A program made the translations under genes and the position numbers. From a virus: a stretch of 64,000 nt of DNA. Location of the stretch: IMG/VR virus record IMGVR_UViG_3300030333_002322, one strand, 5' to 3'. Below are positions 57,663 to 64,000 of the stretch, in pieces. Under the pieces are notes generated by a model. It saw only the letters and a program-made list of their open reading frames with translations, was not told the origin of the DNA and searched no databases. Positions within the stretch are counted from its first letter, which is position 1. Each line of letters opens with the position of its first letter.

Positions 57663-59003
57663 TTAACCAAACAGTTCATCTAAACTGCCTGTCTCCTTTT
57701 TAAAATTACTTTTCTTAAACTCTTTTAAAGCATCTGCATCTGTTTCGGGAAGTTCTAATTCTAGTTCTCCTTCATCTCCAGTACCAATTGCTTGACTTTT
57801 CAACTCTTTAACTGTTCTTGTTTCTTGTATCCAACGTTCAAAGCCATCTCTGTCTTGTACATTGTATAAAGCATTAAATACAGTTTCAAGTTTCATACGA
57901 CTTGCAAACTTTAACAAAGGTTCCTTCTCAGTCATTTGTTCTAAGTGTTGCATGAAGTTTCTAATAGACATTAGAATAAATGCTGTTCTAACATACAACC
58001 ACTTATTCAAATCTCCATATTGTTCCTTTGCCTTTAGACTAGGTGTGTTTAAAAGAGTGTGAAATTCGTCTATTTCTACACCCAAATTAATAGTTTTCAT
58101 GCAGTTTTGATACATTTCTGTATAGAAATTGGACATCTCTCTGCTAAACTTAGTTGTGCCTTGTCCCATGTAAAACAAACCCGTCTCAACCGCCCTACTA
58201 TGAGTTGTAGAGTCATATGATATATTAATATCCTTATAAAGACCGTTGTTTTGGAATACCAAGTAAGGCAACATTCGTCTAATGGAACCAATACCTAAGA
58301 CGTGTAAGTGCATATTATCCATTGGCCATAACTTTTCTATTTCAGATGCTATGAAACCTCTTTTAATATCTTCTAATGCTCCAGTTCCAAGAGCAGCTGC
58401 ACCTAATGCTATTCCTCCCAAACGATTGTGCCATTCATTAGGGATTTCGTCCATAACATAGTGATACCAACTCAGGTATGTATCAATATCGTTCCCTTGG
58501 ATAATAACAAATGGTTTACAGCTGCTCTCTTTACTGTCAAAGACTTCTAGTTGACGTTTAACATTTTGTCCTGTCTTCCTAGCATAGTCTTCAAAATTTT
58601 CTCTATCAAAAGATCTGCCTTTTGTGTCATTTCTTTCTGACCTTCCGTCTCGAACTTTAACAGGTATCTCATCAAAACACATACCTACATCTGCATACTC
58701 TGCCTGGTTTTCATAAACCTTATCTTTTAGTTCATCTGTAATATCTAAACCTAATGTAATCATCTGTAGACCACCTGAGTCAGCATGTATGCTATGAACA
58801 TGGTCCTTATAAGGTTTAAATCTTTCTCCAAATGCACTCTCGGTATGAGCATTATATAATAGGGATATGTTGTGTGAATAGTCTTTACATAATTTGTCTA
58901 TTAACATATTCACAATACCAGTATTTGTCTCGTCTAAAGCAATGCCTGGATTACTTAAACGCATATATGACGTTCCTGATATTACATATTCTAATTTATT
59001 CAT
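57663..59003 (-). CDS. dpdA: DpdA-like DNA 7-deazaguanine transglycosylase (TGT fold)
   Basis: HADSGGLQ, CFDEIP, IIQG, LHVLGIG and YDSTTH; located within the folE/queD/queE cluster. Confidence 0.75.
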   Translation of the reverse strand: MNKLEYVISGTSYMRLSNPGIALDETNTGIVNMLIDKLCKDYSHNISLLYNAHTESAFGERFKPYKDHVHSIHADSGGLQMITLGLDITDELKDKVYENQAEYADVGMCFDEIPVKVRDGRSERNDTKGRSFDRENFEDYARKTGQNVKRQLEVFDSKESSCKPFVIIQGNDIDTYLSWYHYVMDEIPNEWHNRLGGIALGAAALGTGALEDIKRGFIASEIEKLWPMDNMHLHVLGIGSIRRMLPYLVFQNNGLYKDINISYDSTTHSRAVETGLFYMGQGTTKFSREMSNFYTEMYQNCMKTINLGVEIDEFHTLLNTPSLKAKEQYGDLNKWLYVRTAFILMSIRNFMQHLEQMTEKEPLLKFASRMKLETVFNALYNVQDRDGFERWIQETRTVKELKSQAIGTGDEGELELELPETDADALKEFKKSNFKKETGSLDELFG

Positions 59004-59539
59004 GATTCCAATATTTCAATTAAAAGGTTAGCCTCCGCCTTAGCGTCGTCTAACGCATTGTGATTATTCTTCTTAGGTAGTCTTTTGTCTAATACATTAG
59101 ATAATGTTCTTAAACAATTAATGTCCCAGAACTTCCATGGTATTGTAATGCCTTCTGCATGTAAGGCACTCTCTATAATTACAACATCAAAGTTAGCACC
59201 AAATCCCCAAATAGGAACCGACTCATTACCATACCAACTAATAAATTTGTCTAGTGCCTCTTGTAATGTAACAGGATTAATTTGTAGGGCTTCCCTTACT
59301 TCTCTATCTTGTTCTGCCCACCACTCAATAGTCAAAGGGTCTATGTGTAGACCTGATTCTTTACAAGTTTTAGGATCTACATTAATATAAAACTCGTCAA
59401 CTATCTCAAGACCTTCTATTGCTACTGCTCCTATTGAAACAATAGCTGCATTGGATCTAGTTGATAATGTTTCTAAGTCTAAGACTATGTGCCTTCCATC
59501 AATATTCATAATATAATCTCTGTTGTTATTTTCTAGCAA
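59000..59539 (-). CDS. DEDD 3'-5' exonuclease
   Basis: LDLETL, WGFGANFD and HNALDDA. Confidence 0.85.
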   Translation of the reverse strand: MLENNNRDYIMNIDGRHIVLDLETLSTRSNAAIVSIGAVAIEGLEIVDEFYINVDPKTCKESGLHIDPLTIEWWAEQDREVREALQINPVTLQEALDKFISWYGNESVPIWGFGANFDVVIIESALHAEGITIPWKFWDINCLRTLSNVLDKRLPKKNNHNALDDAKAEANLLIEILES

Positions 59540-60200
59540 TCATATTCATAAATTCATGCCTTAGTGCTGGGTCATCTTTAAACCCACCACCTAGTTTGCT
59601 AGTAATAGTAGACGAGCCTACATCTTCTACACCTCTACTCTTTACGCAATAATGCTGAGCATCAATAACTACTGCAATATTGTCTGTATCGAGAATGTAT
59701 TGTAGTGCATAATATACTTGTTCTGTTAAACGCTCTTGTATCTGAGGTCTTTTAGCAAAGTATTCTACTATTCTGTTCAGTTTACTTAATCCTAATACTT
59801 TTTTATTAGGAATGTATGCCACAGTTCCAACACCATCAATTACAACAAAGTGGTGTTCACAGTTAGATTGAACATTAATGTTCCTTTCTATAACCATGCT
59901 TTCATATTCCATTTTGTTTTCAACTGCTGTGCATTTTGGAAATGCCTCATAGTCTAAACCCCAAAAGATTTCATTCACATACATCTTTGCCACACGCTTA
60001 GGTGTGTCCATAAGACTATCATCATTAAGATCAAGTCCTAATGCGTTCATAATATCTGTAAACCGAGATTCAATTATATCTATCTTCTCAGTACGATTAA
60101 GTGAATTATCTATTACGGGTGTTTCTACTCCACACTTGACTAAGTGCTTGTGAATTTCTAACCCAAGTTCTGGGTCAGTTTTTGTCTTATTAAAAGCCAT
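59526..60200 (-). CDS. folE: GTP cyclohydrolase I
   Basis: DTPKRVAKMY, SNCEHHF, GLSKLNR, RPQIQERLT and HYCVKSRG. Confidence 0.97.
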   Translation of the reverse strand: MAFNKTKTDPELGLEIHKHLVKCGVETPVIDNSLNRTEKIDIIESRFTDIMNALGLDLNDDSLMDTPKRVAKMYVNEIFWGLDYEAFPKCTAVENKMEYESMVIERNINVQSNCEHHFVVIDGVGTVAYIPNKKVLGLSKLNRIVEYFAKRPQIQERLTEQVYYALQYILDTDNIAVVIDAQHYCVKSRGVEDVGSSTITSKLGGGFKDDPALRHEFMNMIARK

Positions 60201-60262
60201 TTTTTACTCCTTCCTTACACGGATATTTGTTTATTATACTTGCAACCTTTGTGTTGCCTATA

Positions 60263-60270
60263 TATTTATA
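60263..60270 (-). promoter_or_regulatory. T4 late promoter upstream of folE
   Basis: Intergenic TATAAATA. Confidence 0.65.
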
Positions 60271-60275
60271 CATCT

Positions 60276-60782
60276 TTAACTGTTCTCCCAAGGGTAAACT
60301 ACCCATCTTTGGTCTGATTGTCCATCATAATAAAGCCTTTTGCCTTCAAAGTCAATATCCATGTCACCCAATTTGTTATGAAGTACTGCCCATTGACTGT
60401 CTGGTATTAAAGATCTTATTTGTTTTATTGTAGTACCACTATCACATATATCATCTACAAAAATGGTATCCTTTAATATATCACTATTATTTAATTCAAT
60501 AGCCTTTATTGTATCTGTTTCACCACCGTCTCTTGTTTGCCAAACTAATGGTTCAAATTCTGCATCAAACATATGACTTAACATGACACCAGGTACAAGT
60601 CCTCCTCGACTCACACCTACAATTTTTTTAACAGGTCGTTGATGATGAACAGATAAGTGTTCATTGTAATACCACCTTGCTATTTTTATTTGTTCGTAAA
60701 GTTCATAGACTAAACCTTTATGGTCGTCCCATGTAACATAAATTTTTTCTTCTGTTGTTCTTGGATCAATTGCTGTTTTCAT
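60276..60782 (-). CDS. Type I phosphoribosyltransferase (Gpt-like)
   Basis: GVSRGGLVPG, IFVDDICDSGTT and WVVYPWE. Confidence 0.88.
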   Translation of the reverse strand: MKTAIDPRTTEEKIYVTWDDHKGLVYELYEQIKIARWYYNEHLSVHHQRPVKKIVGVSRGGLVPGVMLSHMFDAEFEPLVWQTRDGGETDTIKAIELNNSDILKDTIFVDDICDSGTTIKQIRSLIPDSQWAVLHNKLGDMDIDFEGKRLYYDGQSDQRWVVYPWENS

Positions 60783-60979
60783 AATTTTATCGCTAACAAT
60801 AATAAAATAGCAAGTTGTATTATAATAACTAACAAGAGTTCAACTGCTAATATAGTATGATACCAAATCCATCTTGTCTTATAAGCATTATCTATATTTA
60901 AATCTGCTGGATCTGGATCTTTCCAAGTATCAATATCCGTTTCAGGATTTTGTTTCCATAATATATCCCACCATTTCAT
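60779..60979 (-). CDS. Small membrane protein
   Basis: NAYKTRWIWYHTILAVELLLVII. Confidence 0.55.
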   Translation of the reverse strand: MKWWDILWKQNPETDIDTWKDPDPADLNIDNAYKTRWIWYHTILAVELLLVIIIQLAILLLLAIKL

Positions 60980-60982
60980 TGT

Positions 60983-61858
60983 TTATGTTCCCCAGGCATT
61001 GCCAAATAAATCTATATGTAATCTAGGACTGAACTTATAACCTGTTTCCATACATGCTTCTGCAACACCTTTTGCAGTTAGAGTTTGTTGTTCTAGGGTT
61101 GCACCTTCTGGCATACAATATACAGCATCTAATTTTACACCTGCCTCTTTATATGCCTTAACAAAAATATCTACCTCTTCAAAATCATCCATATCTCTAA
61201 CTACAAATTTATTATATAAATGACTGTTCCATACCCCATTCATTGTGTTCAGTGCCTCGGGGTTCAAGGCTTCTTCTCTCTTTTCTCCACTTAAACTTAA
61301 CTTAGGAGATGTACTCCATGTTACATGTAAGTCAGGAAGGTTATTAAAGAATGAACATAAGTCACCGCTAACAAGTTGTGTGCCATTAGTTTCAAATGTA
61401 ACATTCTTTAATCCCTTCTTCCAACATAGTTGGAGTAGAGTTGGCCAACACCTTTGCCAACCCAATAGCGGTTCACCGCCTGTTATGACTAAATGGATAT
61501 CTTCTTTTTCATCAAACCTACCATTAGGTAATAAACTTATTACATGTTCAAAGACTTCATCTATTGTCTTAGTCATTTGTAAATGTTTATATTTCATAGC
61601 CCAAGATGCTGAACTATCACAACCTATTGGTGTAACAGGTAAATCGTCTATAGACTTATAAGCTTCTGGGTGATTTTTATCTGCCTTTGGATCTGTGTAG
61701 TAAGGCATTTCTTCTACAGGAATCATATTATCTCTTTCCTGTCCAAATCCTCTACACTCAAAGTTGCAACCAAACACCCTAAGGAATACGCTAGGGACAC
61801 CAACGAATCTACCTTCGCCTTGAATACTATAAAATGCTTCTGAGTACCTGAGTTTCAT
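60983..61858 (-). CDS. queE: 7-carboxy-7-deazaguanine synthase
   Basis: FYSIQGEG, FLRVFGCNFEC...GCDS (long insertion before the third Cys), TGGEPL, ETNGT and SPRLH. Confidence 0.92.
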   Translation of the reverse strand: MKLRYSEAFYSIQGEGRFVGVPSVFLRVFGCNFECRGFGQERDNMIPVEEMPYYTDPKADKNHPEAYKSIDDLPVTPIGCDSSASWAMKYKHLQMTKTIDEVFEHVISLLPNGRFDEKEDIHLVITGGEPLLGWQRCWPTLLQLCWKKGLKNVTFETNGTQLVSGDLCSFFNNLPDLHVTWSTSPKLSLSGEKREEALNPEALNTMNGVWNSHLYNKFVVRDMDDFEEVDIFVKAYKEAGVKLDAVYCMPEGATLEQQTLTAKGVAEACMETGYKFSPRLHIDLFGNAWGT

Positions 61859-61866
61859 AATGTGAT

Positions 61867-61895
61867 ATTATATATAAGGGCTAACCTATAATCAA
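61867..61895 (-). promoter_or_regulatory. Sigma70 promoter for queE, near-leaderless
   Basis: TTGATT-N17-TATAAT ending 8 nt before ATG 61858. Confidence 0.7.
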
Positions 61896-62491
61896 GAGTC
61901 TTGTTTACCTTTTTTAGCCTCTTCTTCTTTTTTAATTTTCTCATCTAAATATTTGGGTCTACGCTTAGGCATTTTCTTACCAGTGTTTTGTTTATCTGCT
62001 GCCTCTTTATCTGCGTCTGACTGTTCAATAATTTGTTTCATGTAATTCAAATATTCATTTGAATGTGTATCACCATCTGCACCTTGTTCTAACATCTCTT
62101 CAAGGTCCAAACTTTTAATATATTTCATTTTGGTTTCTTGTTGACGTTTCTCTTTTTGGATACGTCTAATGAAAGCGTAATATGTGATTTGTGTAAAGTA
62201 TGCAAAAGGATTATTAGATTTTTCTGGATTAAAATTGTCTATATATGTTAAACAGTTTTCAATACCATCTAAAATCATCTCATCTCTGAATGTATAGTTT
62301 ACGAAATTTGATTTGTATGCTAAGTGGTTTGCTATTTTAACAAAGCACTCTCCTAAGTAATTAGTTACTTGTGGTTTAGGGTCTCCACATTCTTCTGCTT
62401 CAATCCTACTATTCCTATAATCAGTAATCTTAGCAAGGAACTCCTTGTTATCTATGTAATGTGCTGAATTAGGATCACGTCTTTTTGCCAT
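61892..62491 (-). CDS. gp55: Late-transcription sigma factor (gp55)
   Basis: HYIDNKEF, IANHLAYKSNFVNY and NPFAYFTQITYYAFIRRIQKEK. Confidence 0.97.
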   Translation of the reverse strand: MAKRRDPNSAHYIDNKEFLAKITDYRNSRIEAEECGDPKPQVTNYLGECFVKIANHLAYKSNFVNYTFRDEMILDGIENCLTYIDNFNPEKSNNPFAYFTQITYYAFIRRIQKEKRQQETKMKYIKSLDLEEMLEQGADGDTHSNEYLNYMKQIIEQSDADKEAADKQNTGKKMPKRRPKYLDEKIKKEEEAKKGKQDS

Positions 62492-62501
62492 TATATACTC
62501 C

Positions 62502-62936
62502 TTAATGAATCTTTTTATTTAACTTAGCATCTGCTAATTCAGTTGATAGACTTGCTTCATCTTCCATGTCTTCTACTCTTTTCCTTAAATCTTCTCTAAG
62601 TTCTTCTAGTAGTTCATGCTCGTTAATAAATGAGCCAGCCCATTCAGGGTCTTTCATGTATATAGATTCAACCATATCATGATAACCTTTCTGAAATGCT
62701 GTCTGTAATGATGCTATTGTTATAACATTATATCTTTCAATTGTGAAAGTTTGTTCTTCTGCTAATGCTATCCAAGGTCGTAAACTTATATGTTCACCAA
62801 TTATACCTTGTGTAAGCATCCCTTGTGTTGGGACTACTTCTATTGGGTGTTCTATATCTACCATTTCTCCATCAGAGGTAACCTTACCAACTAAAGTTGT
62901 TCCGTCTCTTAATTTTAATATGCTAACTTCCGACAT
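62502..62936 (-). CDS. Conserved hypothetical (Sm-like) protein between uvsW and gp55
   Basis: ILKLRDGTTLVG...LRPWI pattern. Confidence 0.6.
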   Translation of the reverse strand: MSEVSILKLRDGTTLVGKVTSDGEMVDIEHPIEVVPTQGMLTQGIIGEHISLRPWIALAEEQTFTIERYNVITIASLQTAFQKGYHDMVESIYMKDPEWAGSFINEHELLEELREDLRKRVEDMEDEASLSTELADAKLNKKIH

Positions 62937-64000
62937 CTATTTTAACTAACTTATAATCGAAGCCTTCTTCGTTATAAATTTTAACCCTTTCTATTAGGTG
63001 GTTTAAAGTGTAATTCTTGTGAGACTTCCATGATAAATCGTCTCCAATATCAAACAAGTTACATACAACCTTCTTGTCTCCTTTTCTAAGTCCTCTACCT
63101 ATACTCTGTAAGTTTCTTATTCTACTCTTACTAGGGGAGGCGAACACAATATTATGAAGGTTCCTTATATTTATACCCGTTGAAAATGTTCCGTAAGAAG
63201 CAATTATAATAGCATTGTTTTCTTTTTCTGTAATAGCTCTAATCTCTTCTCTTGTTTCTGTATCTGTGCCTCCAAATACAAAAAATACTTTTCTATCTTT
63301 ATCTACTGCCTTCTGTACCATCTCATGTAGTACTGTTCCATGCTTTTCTACAAATTGAAATAGAACTAATGTATTACCATCTTGTGCTACTGTTAAATCT
63401 CTTATTATTTTATTACGCTCTGGGTTCTTAACTATCCAATCTATCTCTTCTTGATAGTTAAATGTTTTATTTTCCTTTTTAGTTTTGTCATCATAGTTCA
63501 ATGCCATACAAACAATTTTTAGATTAGCAAGTTGTTTGTCGTCCATTAATTTTTTAGTAGTTGTAACCTTATGTACTTGTCCAAATACACCTTCTAACAC
63601 CAACCTATGTGTTTTTGTTCCGTCTAATGTTCCTGTTGTTCCTATTCTATAAGGTGTGTTTGTACACTTGTTCATTAATGTTGTTAATGACTTTGCTTTA
63701 AATAAATGTGCTTCATCACCATAAAAAACATCAAAGTCTTTGAACCATGTTTTAGGATACTTGTATATTGATTGCCATGTACTTATTATAACAGGGTAAT
63801 CATTACTCTTAACCTTGCCCCCATATATCCTATGGCAGTTCTCTGCAACACTCCAACTATCTGCACTAGCATAATCTTGGAAGTCGCCATACATCTGTTC
63901 TACCAAGGACGTAGTAGGAACGACAATAAGCTGTTTACGCCCACGAGCGTTGTGATACCTAATAAGACTATAGATAATAAGAGACTTACCACTAGCAGTC
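62923..64000 (-). CDS. uvsW: UvsW RNA-DNA/DNA helicase (N-terminus outside the window)
   Basis: TASGKS at the window edge, DEAH, TGT, FSTGINI and LQSIGRGLR. Confidence 0.96.
   Translation of the reverse strand, partial: TASGKSLIIYSLIRYHNARGRKQLIVVPTTSLVEQMYGDFQDYASADSWSVAENCHRIYGGKVKSNDYPVIISTWQSIYKYPKTWFKDFDVFYGDEAHLFKAKSLTTLMNKCTNTPYRIGTTGTLDGTKTHRLVLEGVFGQVHKVTTTKKLMDDKQLANLKIVCMALNYDDKTKKENKTFNYQEEIDWIVKNPERNKIIRDLTVAQDGNTLVLFQFVEKHGTVLHEMVQKAVDKDRKVFFVFGGTDTETREEIRAITEKENNAIIIASYGTFSTGINIRNLHNIVFASPSKSRIRNLQSIGRGLRKGDKKVVCNLFDIGDDLSWKSHKNYTLNHLIERVKIYNEEGFDYKLVKIDVGS

Noticed and set aside
60201-60262. preQ1 riboswitch in the folE leader (hairpin GCAAC-ACAAAG-GTTGC plus an A-rich tail)
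   Set aside because: The loop is too short and lacks the preQ1-I consensus; at most it is a 5' stabilising hairpin.
1123-62949. Many plus-strand ORFs of 60-165 aa in the track
   Set aside because: All lie antisense to well-supported minus-strand genes and have Ser/Leu/Ile/Phe-rich shadow composition with no motifs.
1-64000. Alternative genetic code (stop-codon reassignment)
   Set aside because: Core genes are full length under the standard code, and TAA, TAG and TGA all end genes.

Overview
This is a 64-kb slice of an AT-rich T4-like myovirus, probably aquatic and infecting a Gram-negative proteobacterium (inferred from a spanin pair, a TonB-dependent receptor and a ROSE-like hsp20 leader). 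Every credible gene is on the minus strand. The window holds the T4 replication and recombination core: uvsW, gp55, gp47/46, gp45/44/62, regA, gp43, uvsX, gp41, gp61, thyX, nrdAB and rnh. Accessory genes are interleaved. (1) A 7-deazaguanine DNA-modification cluster (queE, PRTase, folE, DpdA-like, DpdL/QueD-like, a glycosyltransferase, queD) sits between gp55 and gp47. (2) A BtuB-like TonB receptor is adjacent to a B12-binding radical SAM enzyme. (3) A late block of likely capsid-internal proteins contains an A9 frameshift junction, plus two ~10% His enzymes flanking an unannotated 16-aa, 8-Cys micropeptide. (4) Sugar-nucleotide and tailoring enzymes are dispersed through the window. The non-coding DNA carries a family of sigma70 promoters with palindromic spacers, T4 late promoters (three apparently leaderless), a ROSE-like thermometer and a candidate structured RNA. 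No tRNA, rRNA, CRISPR array or IS element was seen. All product calls come from motif recognition by eye, with no database search.
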